Assembly (NCBI GenBank): GCA_031423495.1
Contig: JANPFP010000066.1
Location: 26,380 to 90,379, forward strand
Direction: 5' to 3'
Source: Acidobacteriota bacterium
GTDB lineage: Bacteria; Acidobacteriota; Blastocatellia; RBC074
DNA length: 64,000 bases
How positions within the stretch are numbered: the stretch's first letter is position 1; every line of letters begins with the position of its first letter. Position numbers and translations under genes: made by a program. This document shows positions 1 to 15,000 of the stretch, one piece after another. The notes beneath the pieces were generated by a model. That model was not told the DNA's origin, made no database searches, and worked only from the letters and a program-made list of their open reading frames with translations.

Positions 1-3000
1 TCACCGTGCCGGTTGCGCCTTCGACGGTCAGCGTTTGGTTATAAGCCACGCCGACGAAACCGCTCGGCAGTGTTGCCGGATTCACCGTCAACACGTTGCA
101 CATCGGACGCACTGTGAAAGGCCGCGTCGTGGTGCATCCGTTGGCGTCGGTGAGTCTGATGGTGAACGAACGATCCACCGTGCTGGTGGGCGTGCCGCTC
201 AATACGCCGGTCGTGGCGTTGAGCGTAATGCCGGCGGGCAATGTGCCGTCCGCCACCGTCCACGTTAGCGGAGCCAGCGCGTTCGGCGAGGTGAGCGTTG
301 CGTTATATGCCGCGCCGACTTGCCCTGACGGCAATGTCGTCGGATTGATCGTCAGAATGTTGCAGACCGGCGTCAGCGTGAATTCACGCGTACCCATACA
401 ACCGTTCGCGTCAGTGCCCCTGATGGTAAAGCTGGTGAACGTCGTCGTCGCCGTGCTGGTCGGCGTACCGCTCAACACGCCTGCTGTCGAGAGCGTTAAG
501 CCCGTCGGCAACGTGCCTGCCGAAACAGCCCACGTCACCGTGCCGTTCGCGCCCGAAGCCGTGAAAGTTACGTTATAAGCCGTACCCACTGTCGCCGTCG
601 GCAACGCAATCGGATTGACCGTGAACGTGTTGCATTGTGGCATCAGCGAATATTCGCGCGTTGCCATACAGCCGTTCACGTCAGTGCCTTTGACCGTGAA
701 ACTCGCGGTCGCGGTCGCCGTCGGCGTGCCGCTGATGACGCCCGTCGTCGCGCCCAATGACAAGCCCGTCGGCAATGAGCCAGTGGTGATCGTCCAGTTG
801 ACCGCACCCGTCGCGTTGTTGAGCGAAAGCGTTTGGTTATATGCGACGTTGATGCTGGCGACCGGCAAGGTCGTCGGCGCAATCGTCAGATTGGTGTTGC
901 AAATCGGAGTGATGGTGAATTCACGTGTCGCGGGGCAGTTGTTCGCGTCTACCGCACGAATGGTGAACGTGCGCGCCGTCGTGCTGGTCGGCGTACCGCT
1001 CAACACGCCCGAAGCTGAAAGCGTCAGGCCTGCGGGCAGTGTGCCAACTGAAACCGAGAACGTGACGTTGCCCGTCGCGCCGCTCACCGTCAGCGTTTGC
1101 GAATAGGCTGTGCCGACTTGTCCGTTCGGCAAGGTGGTCGGGTTGATCGTCAGCACGTTGCACACGGGCGTGATGGTGAAATCGCGCGTCGTGCCGCATC
1201 CGTTCGCGTCAACGACACTGATCGTGAAGCTGCGCGCTGTCGTGCTGGTCGGAGTGCCGCTAATCACGCCGCCCGCGCTCAACGTGAGGCCGTTGGGCAA
1301 CACGCCGTTCGCAATGCTGAACGTGACCGCGCCCGTTGCGCCGCTGACGGCGAGTGTCGCGTTGTAAGCCGCGCCGACTTGTCCGGCGGGCAAAGTGCTG
1401 GTGGTGAACGTCACTACGTTGCACACCGGCGTGATGGTGAAATCGCGCGTCCCCATACAGCCGTTCGCGTCGGTCGCTTTGATCGTGACCGTGCGCGCGG
1501 CGGTGCTGGTCGGCGTACCGCTGATCACGCCCGCTGCGGTCATCGTCAAGCCGTTCGGTAAAGCTCCAGTCGAAATGCTGAACGTCACATTGCCGTTCGC
1601 GCCCGTGACCGCAAGCGTCGCGTTATAAGCCACACCGACTTGTCCGTTCGGCAATGCGCTGGTCGTGAAAGCCAAAGCGTTGCAACCGGGCATCAGCGAG
1701 AATTCGCGCGTCGCCATGCAGCCGTTGGCGTCGGTGACTTTGACCGTGAAGGTCGCCGCCGTCACTGATTGCGGTGTACCGGAAATCAAGCCCGCCGTCG
1801 AAAGCGTCAAGCCCGTCGGCAATGCGCCCGAAGCAATCGTCCAAGTGACCGCACCGGTTGCGCCGGTGACGGTGAGTGATTGGTTATAAGCCACGTTCAC
1901 TGCCGCTGCTGGCAACGAAGCCGGTGTGACCGTCAACGTATTGCAAAGCGGCGTGATAGTGAATGACGCGGTCGCGGGGCAGTTGTTGGCGTCCGTCGCG
2001 CGAATCGTGAAGGTGCGGGCGATCGTGCTGGTTGGCGTGCCGCTCAATACGCCTGCCGGTGAGAGCGTTAAGCCAGCGGGTAAAGCGCCTGCTGAAACAC
2101 TAAACGTCACTGCGCCAGTTGCGCCGTTGACGGCGAGCGATTGGTTATACGCTGTGCCTACGGTGGCGCTGGGCAACACTGCCGGATTCAACGTCAATAC
2201 GTTGCAGACCGGCGTCATCGTGAACGAAGCCGTCACGCCGCATCCGTTAGCGTCAACCGCGCGGATGGTGAACGAACGATCCACCGTGCTGGTCGGTGTG
2301 CCGCTAATCAGACCCGTTGCGCTCAACGTCAAGCCGTTCGGCAAAGCGCCGCCCGTCAACGAGAACGCCAACGCGCCCGTCGCGCCTGTGACCGTGAGTT
2401 GTTGCGAATAGCTTGCGCCGACTTGTCCGTTGGGCAACGAAGCCGGATTCATCGTCAACGTGTTGCAGAGCGGCGCAATCGTGAAATCGCGCGTACCCAT
2501 ACAGCCGTTGGCGTCGGTCACTTTAATGGTGAACGTGCGCGCCGCCGTGCTGGTCGGCGTACCTGAAATTGAGCCACTCGCCGTCATCGTCAAGCCCGCA
2601 GGCAGCGTGCCCGCCGATATGCTGTAAGTTACTGCGCCGTTGTTGCCCGACACCGTGAGTTGTTGCGAATAAGCCGAGCCGACTTGTCCGTTCGCCAACG
2701 CGCTGGTCGTAATCGAGAGCAGGTTGCAACCGGGCATCAGCGAGAATTCGCGTGTGGCGAAACATCCGTTCGCGTCACTCACGCGCGCCGTGAAGGTCGC
2801 CGTCGAAACCGAAGTCGGCGTACCTGAAATCACACCCGTCGAACTCAAGCTCAAGCCGTTCGGCAAGCCGCCCGCCGAGATCGTCCAAGCGACTACGCCC
2901 GTCGCGCCCGTTACTGAAAGCGTTTGGTTATAAGGCACGTTGATAGCCGCCGCAGGCAAACTTGCGGGCGAAACCGTCAGCGTGTTGCAACCAGGTATGA

Positions 3001-6000
3001 ACGTGAAGCTCTGGGTCGCGGGGCAGTTGTTCGCGTCTACGACTCTGACCACAAACGTAGCGTTCGCCGTCGAAGTCGGAACGCCGCTGATGACGCCTGA
3101 AGCGTTGAGCGACAAGCCCGTGGGCAGCGCGCCAGAGGCGAGGCTCCAAGCGACGAGTCCGGTAGCTCCTGTGACTGTGAGTTGTTGGTTATAAGCCGCG
3201 CCGACTTGCGGAATCGGCAAGGTGGTTTGATTGACGAGCAACACGTTGCACGCAGGCGTGAGCGTGAAGGGGAGCGTCGCGGAGCATCCGTTCGCATCAA
3301 CTATGCGGACGGTGAACGTGCGCGAAGTTGTGTTGAGCGGTGTGCCGCTGATGAGACCCGCCGCTGAGAGCGACAAGCCCGCTGACAATTGGCTCGGCGC
3401 TACCAGACTCCACGTCACTGCGCCGGTCGCATTGCTGACCGTGAGCTGTTGGTTATAAGCCGTACCGACTTGCGCGTTCGTCAAAGTCGCAGGGCTGATC
3501 GCCAAATTGGTGTTGCAGAGCGGTGTGATGGTGAAATCGCGCGTACCCATACAGCCGTTCGCGTCGGTCACTTTGATCGTGAATGCAGCCGCCGTCGTGC
3601 TGGTCGGCGTACCTGAAACCAAGCCTGCTGCCGTGAGCGTCAAGCCCGCCGGTAACGTGCCAGTCGAGACGCTGTATGTCACTGCGCCGTTGTTGCCGCT
3701 GACCGTGAGTTGTTGCGAATAGCTTGTACCGACTTGCGCGTTGGGCAAGCTGGCTGGCCCCACCGTCAACGTATTGCAACCCGGCATCAGCGAATATTCG
3801 CGCGTCGCCATGCATCCGTTGGCGTCGGTGACTTTCACCGTGAAGCTGGCAGTCGCAGCCGCTGTCGGTCTGCCACTCAGCACGCCCGTCGAGGCGTTGA
3901 GCGACATACCCATCGGCAATGCGCCGGAAGCAATCATCCACACCAGCGGATTCGTCGCGCCGCCCGTGACCGTAATCGTCTGGTTGTAATCAACCCCGAT
4001 TTGCGCGCTCGGCAAGCTCGTCGGACTCAACGTCAACGTCGCGCAACCCGGCGTGATGGTGTATTCGAGCGTCGCCATACACCCGTTGGCGTCGGTCGCT
4101 TTGACCGTGAAGGTGAACGCCGTCGTCGGCAACGTGCCACTCAGCAAGCCGGTGCTTGAGAGCGTCAGGCTGCTGGGTAAAGGATTATTGGGCGGCGTCG
4201 TAACAACGCTCCAGACAACGTTTCCAGTTGCGTTGGTGGTGCTGAGTTGTTGCGAATAAGCCGCGCCAATGGTGCCGCTCGGCAGAACGAGCGGATTGAT
4301 CGTGATGGTTTGGCAAACAATGGTGACGGTGAATTCGCGCGTCGCCGTGCAACCGTTCGCGTCAGTCGCGCGAATGGTGAACGCGGGATTCGTCAATGAC
4401 GTAGGCGTTCCGCCAATCACGCCACCCCCTGCACTGTTAGACAGCGTTAAGCCAGCGGGTAATGAACCCGCTGAGACCGCGAACGAATACGGCGCAACGC
4501 CGCCTGTCGCTGAAAGCGTTTGCGAATAGGCCGCGCCAATCGTGCCGTTGGGCAAGGTTGCTGGATTCACTGTGATGGTCGGGCAAACCGGCGTCACGGT
4601 GTATTGGCGTTCGCCAAAACATCCGTTCGGTCCGGTCGCGCGAATCGTGAAGGTTGCGCTTGTGAAACTCGTCGGTGTGCCGCTCACCGCGCCCGTCGTC
4701 GGATTGAGTGAGATGCCCACCGGCAAGTTACCGGCTGACACGCTCCACGACACGGTACCGGTCAAGCCCGATTGCGTGAGCGTCGTTGAATAAGCCGTGC
4801 CTACGGTCATCGCGGGCGTCGTCGGGAAGGTCGCAGGCGAGATCGTTATGGTGTTGCATACGACGTTGAGCGTCAGCGTCACCGAGCCGGTGCATCCGTT
4901 CGCGTCGGTCACGCGGAAGGTGAGCGCGGGCGAACCCGGAGCCGTCGGCGTACCGCTCAACAGTCCAGCATTTGGGCCGCTGGTCACAAAGGTCATGCCG
5001 TTCGGCAACGTGCCGTTCGTCAAAGCCCACGTGAGTGTGCCGTTCGCGCCTGTCGCACTGAGTTGCTGTGAATAAGCCGAACCAACCGTCGCTTGCGGCA
5101 ATGAGGCAGGCGTCACGGTGATGGTTGGGCAAGTCGCCACGACCGTGAAGCTGCGCGTGCCTTTGCATCCGCCAGCATTGGTCGCATCGGTGGCTTCGAT
5201 GGTGAAGTTATAAGTGCCTGCCGTCGTCGGCGTACCGCTGATGACTGCGCCAGTTAATGATAAGCCGGTGGGCAACGCGCCTGTGCCGATGACCGCGAAT
5301 GTATACGTCCCGCTGCCGCCCGTCGCGGTGATGGTTTGGTTATACGCCGTGCCGACGGTCGCAGCGGGCAACGTCGCCGGATTCACCGTGATGGTCGGGC
5401 AGCCGACTGAAATCGAAAGCGCAATCGAACCCTGACAGCCGTTGCCGTCGGTCACGTTGATCGTGAAATTAAAGTTGCCGTTCGTCGTCGGCGTACCGCT
5501 CAAGAGTCCGCCAGTCGTCAGCGTCAAGCCACCGGGCAAGGCTCCGGCTGAGACCATCCACGCGAGTGGATTAACGCCGCCCGTTGCGGTGAGTTGTTGC
5601 GAATAGTTCGCGCCAATCGTACCGGCAGGCAGGCTGGTTTGCACTACGACCAGCGTGTTGCATACGACGTTGAGCGAGAGTGTCACCGAAGCCATACAGC
5701 CCAGCGAATCAGTTGCCGTGAAAACGAGATTGCTCGAAGCCAACGCCGTCGGCGTGCCGCTCAACAGACCCGCGTTCGTGAACGTCATGCCGTTCGGCAA
5801 TGTGCCGTTCGCCAGCGCCCACGTCACTGCGCCGGTTGCGCCTGTGACCGAGAGCGGTTGGTTATAAAGCGCGCCTAACACTGCGTCAGGCAGCGTGGTC
5901 GGCGTGATCGTCAGCACTCCGCAAGTGCGTACGGTGAAGCTGCGGCTGCCTGTGCAACCTGCTGCATCGGTCGCCATGATGGTGAACGTGGTGTTGCTTG

Positions 6001-9000
6001 CCGTCGTCGGCACACCCGTCAACGCGCCCGTCGTGGCATTCAACAAAATGCCTGCGGGCAGTGCGCCGTTCGTCACGCTGAACGTGACCGCGCCCGTCGC
6101 GCCCGTGGTTGAAAGCGTCGCGCTATAAGCCGCACCGACAATGCCGCCGGGCAACGAAGCCGGATTGACTGTCAGCGCCGTGCAACCCGGTGCAAGCGAA
6201 TAAGTCGCAGTGGCCGGGCAGTTATTGGCATCGGTCGCCGTGATGGTGAACGACACGCTCGCATTGCTCGTCGGCGTACCCGCCAGAACGTTGCCGGTGA
6301 GCGTCAAGCCCGCAGGCAACGTACCCGCCGTGACGCTAAACGTAACCGCGCCCGTTGCGCCCGTCGTGCCGAACGTCACCGAGTAAGGCATGCCCACTGA
6401 GATAGCGGGCAAGTTCGCCGGAGTAATCGTGAACGCATTGCAAATCGGAGTGATGGTGAATTCGCTCGTCGCGGGGCAGTTGTTCGCGTCTACCGCACGA
6501 ATGGTGAAGGTGCGCGAAATGGTGCTGGTCGGTGTGCCGGAAAGCAGTCCGCCGCTTGTGAGCGATAAGCCAGCAGGCAGCGTACCCGTTACGCTCCACG
6601 TCACTGTGCCGGTTGCGCCCGTGACCGCGAGTTGTTGCGAATAGGCCGCGCCGACTTGTCCGTTGGGCAAGTTCGTCGTGATGGTCAACGTGTTGCACAC
6701 CGGCGTGATCGTGAATTGCAACGCGCCGAAACAGCCGTTCGCATCTTGTGCGCGAATTGAGAACGTCGTCGCCGCTGTGCTGGTTGGCACGCCGCCAATC
6801 GTGTTGCCGGTGAGCGTTAAGCCCGCAGGCAAAGAACCAACAAGTGAGAACGTGTAAGGCGAGACGCCGCCCGTCGCGCTCACGGTTTGCGAATACGCCG
6901 TGCCGACTTGTCCGTTCGGCAGCGTACCGCTGACCGTAATCGTCGGGCAATTCGGCGTAACGGTATAAGTGCGTTCGCCGCGACAGCCGTTCACGTCAGT
7001 TACGCGAATCGTGAAAGTCGCGCCTGCGCTGCTCGTTGGCGTACCAGCCAGCAAGCCGCCGCTCGTGAGCGTCAAGCCCGCAGGCAGCGTGCCTGGCGTG
7101 ACGAGGCTCCACGTCAAAGCGCCTCTGCCACCTGTGGCCGTGAGCTGTTGGCTATAGGGCGTGCCTACGACAAACGGCCCGACGGCGGTTTGGTCAAGCG
7201 TGATGGTTTGGCAGTTGATGACGAGCGCCAAATCAATGGTCGCCATGCATCCGCCGTTGTCTGTGACTTTGAACGTAATCGTTCCGCTTGCGGGTGCTGT
7301 CGGCGTACCAGCCAACACGCCATTGATAAACGTCATCCCCGTCGGCAACGTACCGGTCATGATGCTGAAGGTGTAAGGCGTAGCTCCGCCCGTGACGGTG
7401 AAAGTCGTCGAGGGATAAACCGCGCCAACTGTGCCTTGCGGCAAGCTCGTCGGCGTCGCAAACGTCATCGTCGAACAGCCCACCGTCAGCGTGAAATTGC
7501 GCGTACCCATACAACCATTGGCGTCGGTCACTTTGATCGTGAACGTATGCGCCGTCACGTCAGAGGTCGTGCCGCTGACGACGCCAGCCGTCGAGAGCGT
7601 GAGACCCGTCGGCAACGAACCACTCGCCAGCGTCCACGTCAGCGGATTCACGCCGCCCGTGGCCGCTAGCGATTGGTTGTATGCCACACCCGCAACCGGG
7701 TTCGGCAAACTCGAAGTCGTAATGTTCAACGTGTTGCATACGACGTTGATGGTCAGCACCACTGTCGCAAAACAGTTGTTCGCGTCAGTCGCGCGGAAGG
7801 TCAGGCTCGCGGGCGATGCGGTCGGAGCCGTCGGCGTTCCGCTAATCACGCCATTCGCAAAGGTCAATCCGTTGGGCAACGTACCGGTCATCGTCCAGGT
7901 GATTGCGCCGGTTGCGCCGCTGACGGTGAGCGTTTGGTTATAAGCCGCGCCGACGGTGGCGTTGGGCAAAGAGGATTGATTGATCGTCAGCGCGTTGCAC
8001 GCCGGAGCAATCGTGAATGATTGCGAACCGGGGCAGCCGTTCGCGTCGGTCACAGAAATCGTGAACGTGCGCAAAAGCGTGCTGGTCGGTGTTCCGCTAA
8101 TCACACCGGTCGGGCCATCGAGCGTTAAGCCCGCTGGCAATTGTCCGACTGAAACATTGAAACCATACGGCGCAGTGCCGCCGGTCGCCGTGATGGTCGC
8201 GCTATAAGGCACGCCGACTTGTCCGTTGGTCAACGTTGTCGAAGCCACCGTGATCGTCGCGCAACCCGGCGTCAGCGTGTATTGACGTGAGGCCGTGCAA
8301 CCGTTGGCATCGGTCGCCGTGATGGTGAACGTTGATGCCGTCGCCACATTCGTCGTGCCGCTGATGGTCGCGCCGCTCAAGGTCAAACCGTTGGGCAGGC
8401 TGCCCGCCGTGATAGCGTAACTCACCGCGCCCATCGCATTCGCCGTCGTCAGCGTCGCCGTGTAAGCCACACCGCGCGTGATCGCAGGCAACGTCGCAGG
8501 GTTCAGTGAAAGGTTGGTGTTGCAAATCGGCGTCACGGTGAAATTCGCAGTCGCCGTGCATCCGTTCGCGTCGGTCGCCGTGATGGTGAAAGCGCGCGCC
8601 GTTGTGCTGGTCGGCGTACCGCCAATCGTGTTGCCGGTGAGCGTCAAACCGTTGGGCAAGCTGCCGGTCGTCAAGGCAAACGTAACCGCGCCCGTCGCGT
8701 TCGTCACGCTCAAGGCTTGCGAGTAAGCCGTGCCGACTTGTCCGTTGGGCAACGTCGCCGGAGTGATGGCGAGGTTTGTATTGCAAAGCGGCGTGACGGT
8801 GAATTCGCGCGTACCCGTGCAGTTATTCGCGTCAGTCGCCGTGATGGTGAACGTGCGCGAGGCCGTGCTAGTCGGGGTTCCCGCAATCGTCGCGCCGGTC
8901 AAGGTCAAGCCCGCAGGCAAGGTTCCGGTCGTGACGGCAAAGGTATAAGGCCCCGTGCCGCCCGTCGCGCTGATAGTGGTTGATGGATAAGCCGTGCCGA

Positions 9001-12000
9001 CTTGTCCGTTGGGCAGCGTCGCGGGATTGACCGTGATCGCGGGGCAATTCGGCGTCAGCGTGTATTGCCGCACCGCTGTGCAACCATTCGCGTCGGTCGC
9101 TGTGACGGTGAACGTCGTCGCGGTTGAAACATTCGTCGTGCCGCTGATGGTCGCGCCGCTTAAGGTCAAGCCGGTTGGCAATGCGCCGACAGTCACGGCG
9201 TAAGTCACCGCGCCCGTTGTGCCGGTGGTCGAAAGCGTTGCTGAATAAGCCACGCCGCGCGTGATGGCAGGCAAGGTCGTCGGATTCAACACGAGGTTCG
9301 TGTTGCAAATCGGCGTCACGCTGAACGTTTGCGTCGCGGTGCATCCGCGCGCGTCGGTTACTTGAATCGTGAAATTCGCCGTCGCCGTGCTGGTCGGCGT
9401 GCCGTCAATCAGATTGCCGGTGAGCATTAAGCCTGCGGGCAACGTACCGGTCGTGATGCCAAACGTATAAGGCCCGGTTCCGCCTGAGCCGGTCAGCGTT
9501 TGGTTATAAGGCGTGCCGACCTGTCCGTTGGGCAAGGTCGAATTCATCGAGATGACGGGGCAGCCAATCGTGATCGTCAAATCGCGCGTAGCGAAACAGC
9601 CATTCGCATCAGTCGCGCGCACAGCGATATTCGCGCTGCCCGCCGCCGTCGGCGTGCCGCTAATTGTATTGCCGCCGGTGAGCGATAAGCCCGCTGGCAA
9701 CGTGCCAGTGATCGTGAACGTATAAGTTCCCACACCGCCCGTCGCGCTCAAAAGTTGTGAATACGCCGCGCCAATCGTGCCGTTGGGAAGCGTAGTGGGA
9801 TTCACCGTGATGGTCGGGCAATTGACGACCAGCGTCAGGTCAACCGTCGCGGTGCAACCCGCGTTGTCAGTCGCCATAAAACGGATCGTTCCGTTGATCG
9901 GCGTCGTCGGCGTACCGCTCAACACGCCATTAGTGAAGCTCATCCCCGTCGGCAAAGTGCCACTCACAATCGCAAACGTATAAGGCGAGACGCCGCCCGT
10001 CGCGCTGAAGGTCGTCGTCGTGTAAGCCGCGTTGACAGTACCCGTCGGCAAGCTCGTCGGCAACATCGTGATCGTCGAACAGCCCGGCGTCAGCGTGAAG
10101 CTGCGTGTGCCGAAACAGCCGTTCGCATCAGTTACGCGCACCGTGAAATTCGCCGCCGTCGTTGCTGTCGTCGTGCCAGTGATCGCGCCGCTGGTCGAAA
10201 GCGTTAAGCCCACTGGCAATGCGCCGCCTGCTTCAATCGTCCACGTCAACGGATTGGTTCCGCCTGTGGCTGCCAGCGTTTGGTTATAAGCCACGCCCGC
10301 CACCGGATTGGGCAAGCTCGCCGTCGTGATGTTCAGCGTGTTGCATACGACCGTGATGGTCAGCGAACGCGCACCGGGGCAACTCGTCGAGTCATTCACC
10401 GTGATGCTGAAATTCGACGTGCCGAGCGCCGTCGGCGTACCGCTGATGACGCCGTTCAACAGACTCAAGCCCGCAGGCAGGCTGCCCGTCAGCGTGAACG
10501 AATAAGGCCCGGTGCCGCCCGTCGCACCCAGCGTTTGCGAATAAGCCTGATTGATCGTCGCGTTCGGCAAGCTTGTCGGCGTGACCGAAATTACATCGCA
10601 GGTGCGCACCGTGAACGTGCGCGAACCTGTGCAATCTGCCGCATCCGTCGCTGTGATGGTGAACGTGAACGCGCCCGCCGTCGTTGGCGTACCCGTAATT
10701 GCGCCAGCATTGACACCGTTGGGTGCGAGCGACAAACCCGCAGGCAATGAGCCGTTCGTGACGGCAAAGGTATAAGGCGTCGAACCGCCAGTCGCCGTCA
10801 TCGTCGCGGCGTAAGCTGTGCCTACCGTGCCGTTGGGCAAGGTTGCGGGATTGACCGTGATCGTCGTGCAACCCGCATTGCCGCTATAAGCGCGCGAACC
10901 CTGACAGCCGTTCGCATCAGTCACGCTCACCGTGAAATTGAAAGGCGCTGAACTCGTCGGCGTACCGCTCAAGGTCGCCGTCGCCGTGTTAAACGTGAGT
11001 CCGCCCGGCAGCGTGCCTGTGAAGCTCCACGTCAACGTGCCGGTCGTGTTGGTTGCGCTGAAAACTTGCGAGAAAGTCGAACCTACGGTCATCGTCGGCA
11101 GTGTTGCCGGATTCACTGTGATGGTCGCGCAATTGACGCGAATCGAAATCGTCACCGAACCCTGACAGCCGTTCGCATCGGTCGCCGTGAAGGTCACGCT
11201 CGTGCCAGTGGTCGGCGCAGTCGGCGTCCCGCCCAATACGCCATTGGCGAAAGTCATTCCGGCAGGCAGATTGCTCGGCGCGTTCCAAGTCACTGCGCCG
11301 TTGTTGCCCGAAACGCTCAAGGTCTGGTTCGGATACAACACGCCGACCGTACCCGCAGGCAGCGTCGCGGGCGTGACCGTCAACGTATTGCAAGCCGGTT
11401 GCAGCGTGAACGAAAGGAAGCCGGTGCAACCGTTCGCGTCAGTCGCCGTGATGGTGAACGTGCGTGAAATCGTGCTGGTGGGCGTGCCGGTGATTTGACC
11501 CGCATTCACGCCGCTGGCCGCGAGCGTCAAGCCCGCTGGCAATTGTCCGGTCGTGACCGAATAGGTGTAAGGCGTGCTTCCGCCTGTTGCGCTAATCGTC
11601 GTGTTGTAAGGCGTGCCCACCGTCGCATTCGGCAAGCCGGGCACAGGCGAAGCCGGACTCAAGGTGATCGTCGTGCAAGTCGGCGAACCGGTGTAATTGC
11701 GCGAACCCGCGCAGCCGTTCGCATCGGTCGCCGTGACCGTGAAGTTGTAAGCCGCCGCGCTCGTCGGCGTACCGCTCAAGATCGCCGTCGCCGCGTTAAA
11801 GGTGAGTCCGGCAGGCAGTGTGCCCGTCGTCGTCCACGTGACTGCGCCGCTTGCGCCCGATTGGGTGAAGGTTTGTGAGAACGAGACGCCCGTCGTCATC
11901 GTCGGCAAGCTGGCAGGATTCACTGTGATGCTTTGGCAATTGACGATGATGGCAATCGTGACCGAACCGAAACAGCCGTTCGCGTCAGTCGCGCGAATTG

Positions 12001-15000
12001 TCACCGTTGGCGCAGGCGTCGCTGTCGGAGCCGTAGGCGTACCGCTAATCGCGCCCGTCGTCGGGTTAAGCGTTAAGCCTGCGGGCAACGTTCCCGCACT
12101 CACGCTCCAAGTGACCGTGCCGTTAAAGCCTGTGACGCTGAGGGTGTGCGAATAGATCGCGCCCACCGTACCCGTCGGCGGCGTGGTCGAAGTCACATTC
12201 AAGTTATTGCATACCGGTTGCACAGTGAACGAACGCGAACCCGCGCAGCCGTTCGCGTCCGTCGCCGTGACGGTGAAGGTGCGCGACACCGTGCTGGTTG
12301 GCGTACCGCTGATCGTGTTGCCGGTGAGCGTCAAGCCTGCGGGCAGCGTGCCGGTGACAGTCCATGTCAGCGAGCCGTTGCCGCCTGTCGCGCTCAAGGC
12401 AGCACTGTAAAACACGCCTACCGTGCCGTTCGGCAAGGTCGTTTGGTCAATCGTGATGGTGGGGCAATTCGATGAAAGATTGAACTCTTGCGTGCCCGTG
12501 CATCCGTTCGCGTCAGTCGCCGTGATGTTGAACGGTGTCGAAGCCGTGCTCGTCGGCGTACCGCTAATCACGCCGCCCGTCGTCATCGTCAATCCAGCCG
12601 GCAGGCTGCCCGTTGTGACTGCGTATGTGTAAGGCGAAGTGCCGCCCGTCGCGCTGACCGTTGCGTTGTAAGGCGTGCCTACAACCGCGTTGGGCAAACT
12701 GGTCGTCGTGAAAGTAATTGCCGGGCAAGTGCGCGTGATAGTCAGCGGTACTTGTCCGCTGCAACCGTTTTGATCAGTCGCGCGAATCGTGACGTTCGTG
12801 CTGCCCGCCGTCGTCGGCGTACCGCTCAACAATCCGGTCGAGGGATTGAGCGTCAAGCCTGTTGGCAACGTGCCGACGCTGATGCTCCAGGTGATCGTGC
12901 CGATGCCGCCGGTTTGCGACATCTGTTGCGAATAGCTTTGTCCCACCGTCGCGCCGGGCAAGGTCGCGGGCGTGACCGTGATCGTCGGGCAAGCAATCGT
13001 GATGCTCAACGGTGTCGTCGTGAAGCAGCCATTCGCGTCAGCCGCGCGCACCGTGAAATTCGCCGTGCCAGCCGCCGTCGGCGTACCCGAAATCACGCCG
13101 CCAGTGGAAAGCGATAGCCCCGCAGGCAATGCGCCGGTCACCGTCCACGAATAAGGCGAAGTGCCGCCCGTCGCCAAGAGCGTTTGGTTATACGCCACGC
13201 CAATCGTACCGCCCGGCAGCGCGCCGGTTTGCGTAATGCTCACCGTCGGGCAGTTCATCGAGATGGTGAAACTGCGCGTACCGAGACAGCCGTTCGCGTC
13301 ACTGGCTTGAATCGTAAAGCTGGAAGAACCTGCAGCCGTCGGCGTACCGCTCAACACTTGCGTCGCCGGGTTGAACGTCATGCCGGTCGGCAATGCGCCC
13401 GCGCTGACGCTCCAGGTAATCGCGCCTGCGCCGCCGCTTTGCGTGAAAGTCGTCGTCGGATAAGCCGTGCCGACTGTGCCATCCGGCAACGTCGCCGGAT
13501 TCACAGTGATGGTCGGGCAACCCGTCGAGATCGAAAGATTGACGGTGGCGAAACATCCGTTGACGTCGGCGACGCGAACGACGAACGAAGCACTGCCGTT
13601 CGCTGTTGGAATACCGCTAATCACGCCTGCGGTTGAAAGGGTTAAACCCACCGGCAAGCTGCCGCTATCCAGTGTCCAGTTCAGTGCGCCTGTGCCGCCG
13701 GTCGCAGTGAGCGTTTGGTTATACGCCGTACCGATGACGCCGTTCGGCAAGCTCGATTGATTGATGGTGATGGTTTGGCAATTGACCGCGATGCTCAACG
13801 CGCGGGAACCCGCGCAACCCGAAACGTCAATCACACCCACCGTGAAATTGCCTGTCGCCAATGCCGTCGGTGTGCCGGTGATGGCTCCGCCACTCGACAA
13901 GGTCAAACCGGCGGGCAGGCTTCCGCTCAAAACGCTGAACGTGTAAGGCCCGGTTCCGCCCACAGCGGTGAGCGTTTGGTTATAAGCCGCGCCCATCGTC
14001 GCGTTAGGCAGTGTCGCCGGATTGATCGTGATGACATCGCAGACCGTACCGCTGTAAGGGCGCGCGCCCGTGCATCCACTGGCCGTATGCGTGGCGGTAA
14101 TCGTGAAGCTGTAAGCGCCCGGTGTCGTCGGCGTACCGCTCAACAAACCGGTCGAAGCGTTCAACGTCAGACCCACAGGCAACGCGCCCGCGCTGACCGA
14201 ATAAGTCACTGGGCCCGACAAGGTCGTCGTCGTCGAGAGAAGTTGCGAGAACGCGAGCCCCGTCGTCATGCCAGGCAGTGTCGCGGGGTTCACCGTGAGC
14301 GTGGGGCAAGCCGGAGTCGCTGTGAAATTGCGCGTGCCGGTGCATCCGTTCGCGTCGGTCGCCGTGATGGTGAACGTTTGCGTGGTCGAACTCGTCGGCG
14401 TGCCGGTGATGGCTCCGTTGCTGGCAAGCGTCAAGCCCGCTGGCAAGCTGCCGGTCGTGACCGCAAAGGTATGAGGCGTTGCGCCGCCCGTCGCGGTGAT
14501 GGTTTGGTTATAAGCTGTGCCGACGGTTCCGTTCGGCAACGTCGCTGGATTCACCGTGATGGTTGGGCAACCAATGGTGATGCTCAGCACTTGCGAACCG
14601 GTGCATCCGTTCGCGTCGGTTACGCCAACGGTGAAATTCGACGTGCCCGCTGTCGTCGGCGTACCCGTGATTGCGCCGTTTGCCGCGAGCGTCAAGCCCG
14701 CTGGCAGCGAGCCGCTCGTTACCGCAAACGTTCGCGGAGCTGTGCCGCCCGTCGCCGTCAGCGTTTGGTTATAAGCGACGCCAATCGTGCCGCCCGGCAA
14801 TGCGCCGGTTTGCGTCACGCTGATCGTCGGGCAAGTCATTGTGATGGTGAAGCTGCGCGTACCGATGCAACCATTTGCATCTTGCGCTTGAATCGTGAAG
14901 CTCGCCGAACCTGCAGCCGTCGGCGTACCGCTCAACACCTGCGTGGCGGGGTTAAAGGTCAAGCCCGCAGGCAATGTGCCGGAAGAAACGCTCCAGGTAA